From Rhodospirillales bacterium (GTDB lineage Bacteria > Pseudomonadota > Alphaproteobacteria > Rhodospirillales > Casp-alpha2), in NCBI GenBank assembly GCA_965601835.1, contig OZ271842.1:909630-973629 (forward strand): a stretch of 64,000 nt of DNA. Reading direction: 5' to 3'. Each line of letters opens with the position of its first letter. Within the stretch, counting starts at the first letter, position 1. Position numbers and translations under genes: made by a program. Of this stretch, positions 8,651 to 16,897 are shown piece after piece. The notes under the pieces are model-generated. The model had not been told where the DNA came from. It worked only from the letters and a program-made list of their open reading frames with translations, and did no database searches.

Positions 8651-9093
8651 CGGCTGGGCTTTTTCTTCGGTTGTTTCTTTTTCGCCGGCGTCTTGCCGTC
8701 CATGTCGGCGCCGAAGGCGTGCATCGCCATGACCATCAGCTTTTCCCGCTGTTCCTGGGGCAGATCGTCCAGCACCCTGGATTGCTGGTCGTGGATCGAC
8801 AGCGCCTGCTCGATCAATGCCTGGCGGCCGGGCGGCAGGTTCTTTTTGCGCTCCAGCTCCTGGCCGGCGGCCTCGATCGCCCGGTGGATCAGCGTTTCCG
8901 GCAGCACGTCCTCGTCTTCGGTTGGCGGCGGCGGCGCCTTGGCGGCGGTCGCCGGTGCGGCGGATTTCTTCCCCGCGCCGCCCTTCTTCCTGCGGGCTTG
9001 GCGCTTGGTCTCTTGGATCGCGTCGTATTTGTCGCGCGCCTTCTTGTCCATGAACACGGACATCAACGCACGGGAGAAAATATTGCGAGCCAT
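8647..9093 (-). CDS. Hypothetical Lys/Ala/Pro-rich protein, translationally coupled to meaB
   Basis: ORF ends in an ATGA overlap with meaB. Start placed at MARNIFS (9093). No recognisable domain. Confidence 0.5.
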   Translation of the reverse strand: MARNIFSRALMSVFMDKKARDKYDAIQETKRQARRKKGGAGKKSAAPATAAKAPPPPTEDEDVLPETLIHRAIEAAGQELERKKNLPPGRQALIEQALSIHDQQSRVLDDLPQEQREKLMVMAMHAFGADMDGKTPAKKKQPKKKPSR

Positions 9094-9234
9094 GAAGCAC
9101 CTTGTCGTCAAAGCGTCACTGGTGGGTGACGACTCGATTATGTAACGGTAGGACTGACTGTTTTCCATGTAAATGGCCATGTGCCGCGGCCATTTTTGTA
9201 GCCAACCCAAGGCCTAGCAGGCTAAACACTCCCT

Positions 9235-10650
9235 ATGAGACGCAATCGTAACGCCCGTATTGTCGCGACCTTGGGCCCCGCCAGCAGCACGCCAGACGAA
9301 ATCGCCGCCCTGTTCGAGACCGGTGTCGACGTGTTCCGCATGAACTTCTCGCACGGCGATCACGCGGGCCACAAAGAGCGCTATCAGGTGATCCGCGATC
9401 TGGAGAAAAAGTTCGGTCGCGGCCCGGCGGTGCTGATGGATTTGCAGGGCCCGAAACTTCGGGTCGGCGACTTCGAAAACGACGGCGTCGATCTGAAATC
9501 CGGCCAGACCTTCCGTCTGGTTGCCGAGGAGGTCTTGGGCAACACCGAGCGCGCCAGCTTGCCGCATCCGGAAGTGTTCGACGCCATGACGCCGGGCATG
9601 GACCTGTTGCTGGACGACGGCCGGCTGCACCTACAGGTCACCGAACACGGCCACGACTGGGCCGAGACCAAGGTGTTGATCGGCGGCCCGCTGTCGAACC
9701 ACAAGGGCCTCAACGTGCCGGGCGCCTTGCTCGACGTGTCGCCGATCACCGAGAAGGACCGCGAGGATCTGCGCTTCGGCCTCGATCTCGGGGTTGATTT
9801 CGTAGCCCTCAGTTTCGTGCAACGCCCCGAAGACATCGCCGAAGCCAAGAAATGGATCGCCGGACGGGCGCAGATCTGCGCCAAGTTGGAAAAGCCGCAG
9901 GCGCTGCACCGCCTGGACGAGATCATCGACCTTGCCGATGCGATCATGGTGGCGCGCGGCGACCTCGGCGTAGAAGTGCCGCCCGAAGACGTCCCCGGCA
10001 TTCAAAAACGCATCATCCGCGCAAGCCGCGAGGCCGGTAAGCCGGTGATCGTCGCAACGCAGATGCTGGACAGCATGATCCATGCGCCGACCCCGACCCG
10101 GGCCGAAGCGTCCGACGTCGCCACCGCCATCTATGACGGCGCCGACGCCGTGATGCTGTCGGCGGAAACCGCCGTCGGCGACTATACGGACGAGAGCGTC
10201 GCGATGATGGACCGCATCATTCAGCGGGTCGAACATGACCCGCTGTACCGCGAAATGCGGGAATCGGAACGCCGCGCGCCGGAAAAAACCGCGGCCGATG
10301 CGATCACCGCCGCCGCCCGTCAGGTGGCGGACACGATCTCGGCGGCGGCCATCGTCACCTTCAGTTCCACCGGATCGACGACGCTGCGGGCCGCCCGCGA
10401 ACGGCCGGTGGTGCCCATTTTGGGCATGACGCCGCGCACCGACACGGCCCGGCGCTCCAACCTGATCTGGGGCGTGCATTCGGTGCATACCGAGGATTGC
10501 CACACATTCGGCGAGATGGTCTCCAAGGCGATCCACGCCGCCAAGGCCGAGGGCTACGCCAAACCGGGCGATCCGCTGGTCATCACCGCCGGCGTCCCGT
10601 TCGGCACGCCCGGCGCCACCAATATCCTGCGCATCGCCTGGGTCGAGTAA
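9235..10650 (+). CDS. pyk: Pyruvate kinase
   Basis: IVATLGPAS, FRMNFSHG, DLQGPKLRVG, MVARGDLGVE. Confidence 0.95.
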   Translation: MRRNRNARIVATLGPASSTPDEIAALFETGVDVFRMNFSHGDHAGHKERYQVIRDLEKKFGRGPAVLMDLQGPKLRVGDFENDGVDLKSGQTFRLVAEEVLGNTERASLPHPEVFDAMTPGMDLLLDDGRLHLQVTEHGHDWAETKVLIGGPLSNHKGLNVPGALLDVSPITEKDREDLRFGLDLGVDFVALSFVQRPEDIAEAKKWIAGRAQICAKLEKPQALHRLDEIIDLADAIMVARGDLGVEVPPEDVPGIQKRIIRASREAGKPVIVATQMLDSMIHAPTPTRAEASDVATAIYDGADAVMLSAETAVGDYTDESVAMMDRIIQRVEHDPLYREMRESERRAPEKTAADAITAAARQVADTISAAAIVTFSSTGSTTLRAARERPVVPILGMTPRTDTARRSNLIWGVHSVHTEDCHTFGEMVSKAIHAAKAEGYAKPGDPLVITAGVPFGTPGATNILRIAWVE

Positions 10651-10656
10651 CCGAAC

Positions 10657-11586
10657 TTGTCGGACCGGGGGGACCAACAGAGCGCGGCGGACAGCCGGCC
10701 CAGCGGCATGGACGCTGCCGTCGGCAGCCTGTGCGCGCTGGGCGCCTTCGGGTTTTGGGGGTTCATGCCCGTCTATTTCAAAGCGGTCGAAGCGGTGCCG
10801 CCGCTGGAGATCTTGGCGCACCGGGTGGTGTGGTCGGTGGTCTTGGTCGGCGGCGGCCTGTTCTTGTTGGGCAAGGGGCCGGAGGTGACCCGCGCGCTGC
10901 GCAACACGGCGCTGTTGAAACGGCTGACCGTCGCGACGTTGTTGCTAAGCGGTAATTGGCTGCTGTTCATCTGGGCGGTGACCAACGAGCACATCCTGCA
11001 AGGCAGCCTGGGGTATTACATCAATCCGCTGTTGAACGTGCTGCTGGGCGTCGCGCTGTTGAAGGAACGGCTCAGCATCCCACAGTGGACGGCGATCGGC
11101 TTGTCGGCGATGGGGGTGCTGGTGCTGACCTTCGGGCTCGGCGCGTTTCCGTGGATCGCCATCGGGCTTGCGATGCTGTTCTCGCTTTATGGCTATGTGC
11201 GCAAGACCACGCCCATCGGCGCCGCACCGGGGTTGCTGATCGAGACCTTGATCCTGTTGCTGCCGGCAGTGGGCTATCTGCTCTATTTGCACATGACCGG
11301 CGACGGTGCCTTCGGGCAATACGGCTGGGTGTTCGATCTCAAGATCGCGGCCGCCGGCATCATCACCGCGGTGCCGTTGGTGCTGTTCGCCGCAGCAGCC
11401 CTGCGTCTGCGCTATGCCACCGTCGGGGTGTTCCAAAACATCACGCCGACGCTGCATTTCTTGGTCGGGGTGTTTCTGTACGGCGAGATCTTCACCACCA
11501 GCCACGCCATCACCTTCGGCCTGATCTGGGTCGCGCTGGCGATCTACACCACCGACACCCTGCGCCGGCGGCGGGGGCCTTCGTAA
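10657..11586 (+). CDS. rarD: RarD-type EamA/DMT family transporter
   Basis: About 10 TM segments. N-terminal GFWGFMPVYFK...P..EILAHRVVWS is typical of RarD. TTG start at 10657; ATG 10708 is the alternative. Confidence 0.8.
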   Translation: MSDRGDQQSAADSRPSGMDAAVGSLCALGAFGFWGFMPVYFKAVEAVPPLEILAHRVVWSVVLVGGGLFLLGKGPEVTRALRNTALLKRLTVATLLLSGNWLLFIWAVTNEHILQGSLGYYINPLLNVLLGVALLKERLSIPQWTAIGLSAMGVLVLTFGLGAFPWIAIGLAMLFSLYGYVRKTTPIGAAPGLLIETLILLLPAVGYLLYLHMTGDGAFGQYGWVFDLKIAAAGIITAVPLVLFAAAALRLRYATVGVFQNITPTLHFLVGVFLYGEIFTTSHAITFGLIWVALAIYTTDTLRRRRGPS

Positions 11587-11632
11587 GCACGGGCGCGATG
11601 GCCGCGCGGCTGGTCGCCTGATCTTCGGCATG

Positions 11633-11675
11633 ACGTCGAACACGAAGATGCTCATCCACAGCCAGATGATGTCGG
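11633..11675. repeat. 43-bp direct repeat, copy 1: orphan fragment homologous to the middle of the 16048-16329 gene
   Basis: acgtcgaacacgaagatgctcatccacagccagatgatgtcgg versus 16127-16169 gives 40/43 identical, same orientation. On the minus strand it would encode DIIWLWMSIFVFDV. Confidence 0.85.
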
Positions 11676-11739
11676 ATATAGACAATGAGCCAGTTTCCAA
11701 CACTTGACGCAAAATTGAATTCCGGTGCACGCTTCGCTT

Positions 11740-11911
11740 GACGGTGCCCTTCGGGGCTAAAAGGGAAATCGGTGCAATCCACAGGATTAAATCCGATGCT
11801 GCCCTCGCAACTGTAGGTGGACAGCCACCGCCCATGATTTGCCACTGAACCACGAGGTTTGGGAAGGCGGGCGGAAAGGTGCATGAACCACAAGCCAGGA
11901 GACCTGCCGTC
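11740..11911 (+). promoter_or_regulatory. Cobalamin (B12) riboswitch
   Basis: aagggaaatcggtgcaatcc, ctgccc.cgcaactgtag, gccactg, gggaaggcgg, B12 box agccaggagacctgcc, and P1 gacgg/ccgtc. Lies about 95 nt upstream of an ABC binding-protein gene with RBS aggagg. Confidence 0.9.
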
Positions 11912-12006
11912 TGTGATCGCCCAGTTGTGCATCGAGGTGTGTGCGCAGCGCGGAACCCCGTCGAGGCGATAGACGTGTGTCTAAACTGCCGAGATAGGAG
12001 GTATCC

Positions 12007-13128
12007 GTGGCAAGATTCTGGTCAACGAGAACGTTATCGAAATATGGAATCGCAGGTGCTGTCGCCCTTACGGGGCTTCTGACAGTGTTTGGAACAACGG
12101 CTGTGCATTCCCAGGCTTTTTCCGTCGAGGATTTGCGAGGTAAGACGACCGAGTTTTCGGCCCCGGCGGAACGGCTGGTCATCATCCCCATTCCCATGTC
12201 ATCCGTTGTGATGGCGCTGGACGGCTCCACTCAGCGGATCGCAGCCATGCACCCGGTGGCGGTAAAATCGGTTCGGGACGGTTTCTTGGGGCGGATTTTT
12301 CCGGAAGCTGCCGATATTCCGTCCGACATCGTTGCGGGGGGACGGTTCAATCCGAACCTGGAGAGCGTATTGGCGCTAAAGCCCAATGCAGTGATCCAAT
12401 GGAAAAGCCCAGAAAAGATCATCGCGCCATTGGAGAACGCTGGGCTGAAGGTCATAGGCCTGCAAAACAACCCGAAAAGCCAGGAATTGAATGAACGGAA
12501 TCTGACGATCCTTGCGACCGTCATCGGCCAAGAGGCTCGACTGGAACAGGTACTTTCGCGGCACCACACGCGCTTGGACGAGATCGCGGAGCAAGCCAAG
12601 AAACTGAACGAGGGTGATCGCCCCCGTGCTCTGTACATGCGCATTCAGGGTGGCAAACTGCGCACAGCGGGGACGGATACGTATCAGAGTTTTTGGCTTG
12701 AATTGGGCGGCGCGGACAATCCCGCAGTTGATGCGGGGCTAAAGGGCTTGGCGCCCGTCACGGATGAACAAGTTATCGCCTGGAATCCCGAGATCATCAT
12801 CCTCAGTGCGTTCGACAAAATGACACCCGCCGAAGTTTACGCAAATCCGGTGTATGCCGGGTTGGATGCGGTACAGAACCGGCGTGTCTATAAAATCCCT
12901 CACGGCGGTTATCGCTGGGACCCGGCCAGTCACGAAAGCCACTTGGCCTGGAGTTGGGCGTCGATGGTCTTGAACCCTGACGTGTTTACTTTCCCGCTTC
13001 GCGACGACATGCGCTCTGCCTACCAGTTGTTCTACGGACACGATCTGACGGATGCAGAAATCGACGAGATACTGCAGGTGTCGTTGAACAGTGATAGCGC
13101 GGGGTATGAGGCCTTTGCGCCACACTGA
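12007..13128 (+). CDS. ABC transporter periplasmic binding protein, BtuF/FecB-like (class III, Peripla_BP_2)
   Basis: Signal peptide. Position as first gene after the B12 riboswitch, followed by a FecCD permease and an ATPase. GTG start 5 nt after aggagg. Confidence 0.8.
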   Translation: MARFWSTRTLSKYGIAGAVALTGLLTVFGTTAVHSQAFSVEDLRGKTTEFSAPAERLVIIPIPMSSVVMALDGSTQRIAAMHPVAVKSVRDGFLGRIFPEAADIPSDIVAGGRFNPNLESVLALKPNAVIQWKSPEKIIAPLENAGLKVIGLQNNPKSQELNERNLTILATVIGQEARLEQVLSRHHTRLDEIAEQAKKLNEGDRPRALYMRIQGGKLRTAGTDTYQSFWLELGGADNPAVDAGLKGLAPVTDEQVIAWNPEIIILSAFDKMTPAEVYANPVYAGLDAVQNRRVYKIPHGGYRWDPASHESHLAWSWASMVLNPDVFTFPLRDDMRSAYQLFYGHDLTDAEIDEILQVSLNSDSAGYEAFAPH

Positions 13129-14152
13129 CGCCATCCGCACGTCTTGGTCTTCGGGGCGAGAGAGCCTAATTGTCTGGGTCCTGATTTGCGTTTCGCCACT
13201 TGTGGCGGTCCTGATCGCATTGGGCACCGGGCGCGTATCGCTGACTCCCCTGCAAATCGTGTCTGCACTCTGGGCACCCGACGCCAATCTCTACGATAGC
13301 GCCATCGTCTGGCACGCCCGCCTTCCCCGGACATTGACAAGTCTGCTGGTGGGGGCCGGGCTTGGCGCAAGCGGCGCCGCCTTGCAGGGATTATTCCGAA
13401 ACCCTCTGGCGGGTCCGCAGACCGTCGGTGTGCTCAGTGGCGCAGGCTTCGGCGGCTCGCTCGCGATCTTCATGGGCCTGGGATCGACATACATCATCGC
13501 GGGCGCCTTTGCGGCGGGCCTCTTGGCCGTATTTGCCGTCATCGCCTTCGCGCGTCTGGCGGGCGGTCTTTCGGTTCTGATGATCGTACTCGCAGGCATT
13601 CTGGTGAGTTCCTTGGCCGCAGCGGGTACCACCTTGATGCAATACGCTGCCGATCCTGAAGAACAGTTGCCCGAACTTGTCTATTGGCTGATGGGCAGTT
13701 TCGCAGGGACGACACTGAGCGAGGTCTTTGGTCTGATCACCGCGGTATCTATCGGCGTGGTTATTCTGTGGGGGTACGCTTTGCGTATCGATCTGATGTC
13801 CAGCGGCGAAGATGAGGCCCGTGCTTTTGGGCTGAACTTGAGACGAGATCGTTTCATCGTCCTCGCCGCCGTTGCGCTCACCTGTGCAGCGGGTGTCGCT
13901 GTTTCCGGCGTCATCGGATGGGTCGGCTTGGTCGTGCCCCATGCCGCCCGGTTTCTTGTTGGACCTGGCCATCGCCGACTGATTTTGGCCTCAGCCTTGA
14001 TCGGAGCGGCGTTTCTATGCCTGATCGACACAGCAGCGCGAAGCTTGACGGCTGCGGAGTTACCGGTCTCTGCGCTCACCGCGTTGATCGGCGCACCCGT
14101 GTTCCTGGCCCTGTTGGCGGGCTTGCGTAGGAGCGGAGGCCACGATGCTTGA
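13106..14152 (+). CDS. FecCD/BtuC-family ABC permease
   Basis: About 9-10 TM segments. RLPR..T.LLVGAGLG.SGA..Q and the C-terminal ELPVSALTALIGAPVFL are typical of FecCD. Alternative GTG start at 13091. Confidence 0.85.
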   Translation: MRPLRHTDAIRTSWSSGRESLIVWVLICVSPLVAVLIALGTGRVSLTPLQIVSALWAPDANLYDSAIVWHARLPRTLTSLLVGAGLGASGAALQGLFRNPLAGPQTVGVLSGAGFGGSLAIFMGLGSTYIIAGAFAAGLLAVFAVIAFARLAGGLSVLMIVLAGILVSSLAAAGTTLMQYAADPEEQLPELVYWLMGSFAGTTLSEVFGLITAVSIGVVILWGYALRIDLMSSGEDEARAFGLNLRRDRFIVLAAVALTCAAGVAVSGVIGWVGLVVPHAARFLVGPGHRRLILASALIGAAFLCLIDTAARSLTAAELPVSALTALIGAPVFLALLAGLRRSGGHDA

Positions 14153-14873
14153 AGCAAAACGGATCGGTCTGAAAATCAGAGGGCGTTGGTTGTGGCGCGA
14201 TCTCGACCTCGCTGCGACGGAAGGACAGGTCCTTGGACTTCTTGGGCCAAACGGCGTCGGAAAGACGACCCTTTTGCGATGCCTTACGGGTCTACTCGAT
14301 CCGACCGAAGGTCACGTGACGCGCCCCCGCGTCACTGGCTACGTCCCGCAGAAGAGTGAAATCGGTTTCTCCTTCACGGCCCGTGATGTCGTGGCAATGG
14401 GATTGGCGGCACAAAAAAGACTGTTCGAAAATCTCAACCGATCCGATGATGAACGCATCGCGTCCGCATTGGCGCGGACTGAGGCACGAACATTCGCAGA
14501 TCGTGCATTCACGACCCTATCTGGCGGCGAGCGACAATTGGTCCTCATTGCGCGGGCGCTGGTCACCGGTGCACGACATGTCATTTTGGACGAACCGTTC
14601 GCTGCGCTCGATCTTCGACATCAATCGCTTGTTTTGCGGATGCTAAAAAGTTTGGCGCATGACGATGGGTTATCGGTCATATTCGCCGCACACGATCCAA
14701 ACCACCTATTGGCTTCTGCCGACCAGGCGTTGGTTCTTGCGTCCGGCTTACCGCCTGTACAAGGCCCAACCGATGAAATGCTCTCGGAAAGCCGACTCTC
14801 CGAGCTTTACGGTTTGCGCATTGGCGTTTCGTCGTCCGAACTAGGCCGTCACGTCCTGCCCAACTATATTTAA
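14145..14873 (+). CDS. ABC transporter ATPase, BtuD/FecE-like
   Basis: Walker A GPNGVGKTT, signature LSGGERQ, Walker B ILDEP. 8-nt overlap with the permease. Confidence 0.9.
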   Translation: MLEAKRIGLKIRGRWLWRDLDLAATEGQVLGLLGPNGVGKTTLLRCLTGLLDPTEGHVTRPRVTGYVPQKSEIGFSFTARDVVAMGLAAQKRLFENLNRSDDERIASALARTEARTFADRAFTTLSGGERQLVLIARALVTGARHVILDEPFAALDLRHQSLVLRMLKSLAHDDGLSVIFAAHDPNHLLASADQALVLASGLPPVQGPTDEMLSESRLSELYGLRIGVSSSELGRHVLPNYI

Positions 14874-14898
14874 TGCATTCGATGGGAGAGCCACCACG

Positions 14899-15816
14899 AT
14901 GACTATTCATGTCGCCAGAACGGGCCTTTGCTGGGGGATCGAGCTCGCTTACGCGCGGATCGATAAGTTGGCGGCGCAGGAGGATGCTGTCGCCGTGACC
15001 CATCGAACGGCCGCGGACCCCAACATGTCGAGGTGGGACCCGGTACAGCGGATTACCGCTGACAACGAGAAACTGTTCGAGCGTTATCCCAATTTGCGGA
15101 CGGTCAGTGTTTTAAAGGATGTGGAGAGCGCGCCGGGCAACGCGAAACTGGCAATTGGGCATCAGGGACTCTATCAAGACGAGATCGCGGTACGTCAGGT
15201 CGAGGGTAGAGAGATTTTCGACTACAAATGTCCTTTCATTGCAAAATTCGATGAATGGGCGGACCGGCTCGCGGGCGAAGGCTACGATCTCATCGCGTTT
15301 GGAAAACCCAAGAACCACCACTCCATCTATGCGATGGCGGCAGCGGAAAGAAACAACAAGATTGGTTTGGTGGCCGAGTCGGTCGACGATATCAGAGACC
15401 AGCTTGGCGAAGAGGGTCGCAATTGGGCGTGCATCGGCCAGGTTACCGGCAACACGGCAAACTGGGAAAAATTCAAATCAGACCTTGCGGCGACTGGTGT
15501 ATCCGTTCGCATTCGCAACACGGTCTGCACGGACTCATACGAACGCCAAGACGAAGCCGTTGAACTGGCCCGCACCTGTGATGTGGTGATGGTCGTCGAT
15601 GATCGGGGGGGTGCCACGACGAGCGTTTATGAACAGTGCGTCGCCGCGAACAACCGCAGCTTCCGATTTGATCCAGATAGCGAGCTGCCCACCGAGCGAT
15701 TCGACAACGCCGAAACCGTCGCAATTGTGGGAGGCATCCTCGTCCCCAAGTGGACGCTTCGGGAAGTCGCCGAAAGAGTAAGATCGGTTACAGGCGGAGA
15801 CATCGTTGTGCGGTAG
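14899..15816 (+). CDS. Divergent IspH/LytB-like [4Fe-4S] protein, probably not an HMBPP reductase
   Basis: By-eye full-length alignment to E. coli IspH. Cys triad retained (GLCWG, YKCPF, NTVCTD..ERQ), but the GHPE and SSN substrate motifs are replaced. Confidence 0.7.
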   Translation: MTIHVARTGLCWGIELAYARIDKLAAQEDAVAVTHRTAADPNMSRWDPVQRITADNEKLFERYPNLRTVSVLKDVESAPGNAKLAIGHQGLYQDEIAVRQVEGREIFDYKCPFIAKFDEWADRLAGEGYDLIAFGKPKNHHSIYAMAAAERNNKIGLVAESVDDIRDQLGEEGRNWACIGQVTGNTANWEKFKSDLAATGVSVRIRNTVCTDSYERQDEAVELARTCDVVMVVDDRGGATTSVYEQCVAANNRSFRFDPDSELPTERFDNAETVAIVGGILVPKWTLREVAERVRSVTGGDIVVR

Positions 15817-15954
15817 CGGCAGGGCAACTGCCCACATTTATTCAAGTCAGGACTAGCAGTGTGTCCGTCTGCGCCCTTGGCGCGGACCCGTTTCATCAAA
15901 GGTGCGAAAGATATTTGTCGGTTACGACACCGCGCCGCGCCGACCATCCCCGCC

Positions 15955-16038
15955 CTCCTGAACGTGCCTCAGGATCCAGCGTTCATGGGATAAGCGGTGG
16001 CGCCGTGACTACTGGATCCCGACGTGCGTCAGGATGAC
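15955..16038. repeat. MITE/REP-like two-hairpin element, copy B (inverted relative to 6334-6418)
   Basis: Reverse complement begins gtcatcctgacgcacgtcgggatccag and ends gttcaggag. Lies between the cassette and the 3' end of the small membrane-protein gene. Confidence 0.8.
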
Positions 16039-16047
16039 GTAGAGGCC

Positions 16048-16329
16048 CTACGGCCCGAACTGCTTGTGGCCCTTTCCTAAGAACCAGAAGCTGATCGCCA
16101 GCGTCATGCCGGTCACCGTCACCCAGACATCGAACACGAAGATGCTCATCCACAGCCACGTGATGTCGGCGCGGAACATGATGTCGCGGAGGTTGGCGAC
16201 GTTGGTCACCAACAGCCCGCCCGACACGCAGAACGACAACAGCGTGCCGAGGATGCCGCGCTTGATGATGAAGGTGAAGAACTGCCGCCGGCTCTCGTAC
16301 AGTTCGGCGAAGGGGGACGGATCGCTCAT
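16048..16329 (-). CDS. Small membrane protein (2-3 TM), coupled to the upstream peroxiredoxin-like gene
   Basis: ATGA overlap with 16326-16865; hydrophobic segments. Contains repeat copy 2 (16127-16169). Confidence 0.65.
   Translation of the reverse strand: MSDPSPFAELYESRRQFFTFIIKRGILGTLLSFCVSGGLLVTNVANLRDIMFRADITWLWMSIFVFDVWVTVTGMTLAISFWFLGKGHKQFGP
16127..16169. repeat. 43-bp direct repeat, copy 2 (inside the intact gene)
   Basis: See 11633-11675. Confidence 0.85.
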
Positions 16330-16865
16330 GCGGCCTCCGTATCCGCCTCGTCGGAATCGCCGCGCGGCGGGTAGTTGCGCGCCCGGATCATATCGACCGC
16401 CTCTAACACGTCGGCGTGGTGGTGCCGGTGGAACGGCGTGGTGTGGATGACGTTGCTATAGAGCGTCTGGTCCGGCCGGATCAGGAACAGCCCCGGCTCC
16501 GCGAAATGCCGGGTCTCCTTCTCCTGAAACGCATTGGAGATATAGAGCCCCCAGGCGCGCGCCTGTTCCAGGGTCATGCCGTAGGCGACCGGCAGCTGAT
16601 GCAGGCCCCATTCGGCGACCGTCCTATCGGCCCGGTCCTGCGGATCGGTGGAGACCGCCAGCACGCCGCAACCGCGCTCCGCATAGCGCGCGATCTTGTG
16701 GTCCAGATCCAACAGCTGGCTCTTGCAGCGCGGACAGTGATAGCCGCGATAGACCTCGACCACGGTGAAGGTCTCGGGCGTCTGTTCCGACAGGGTCCAG
16801 GTGCCGCCGCCGACCAGCGGGACGCGCAAATCCGGGACCGGCTTTCCGGGTATCAATCGCGACAT
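16326..16865 (-). CDS. AhpC/TSA (redoxin) family peroxiredoxin-like protein
   Basis: Thioredoxin-fold pattern PVPDL...G....L...... FTVVEVYRGYHCPRC, and VLAVSTD. Confidence 0.75.
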   Translation of the reverse strand: MSRLIPGKPVPDLRVPLVGGGTWTLSEQTPETFTVVEVYRGYHCPRCKSQLLDLDHKIARYAERGCGVLAVSTDPQDRADRTVAEWGLHQLPVAYGMTLEQARAWGLYISNAFQEKETRHFAEPGLFLIRPDQTLYSNVIHTTPFHRHHHADVLEAVDMIRARNYPPRGDSDEADTEAA

Positions 16866-16897
16866 GGTGTGTTCTCCTCCGATTATCTTAGCGGATT

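Noticed and set aside
7676-9100. 474-aa version of the meaB ORF
   Set aside because: The N-terminal 149 codons are an Arg/Gly-rich alternative frame over the upstream gene. The MeaB homology and a sensible ATG begin at 8650.
9135-9148. 14-nt motif cgattatgtaacgg shared with 17696-17709, both about 30-45 nt upstream of minus-strand genes (could contain a cataat -10 box)
   Set aside because: A back-of-envelope estimate gives roughly ten or more chance 14-mer matches within a 64-kb window on both strands. Without conservation data this cannot be distinguished from coincidence.
10945-11853. 302-aa minus-strand ORF
   Set aside because: It is antisense to rarD and runs through the riboswitch. Only its DIIWLWMSIFVFDV segment is meaningful, as the orphan 43-bp repeat copy.
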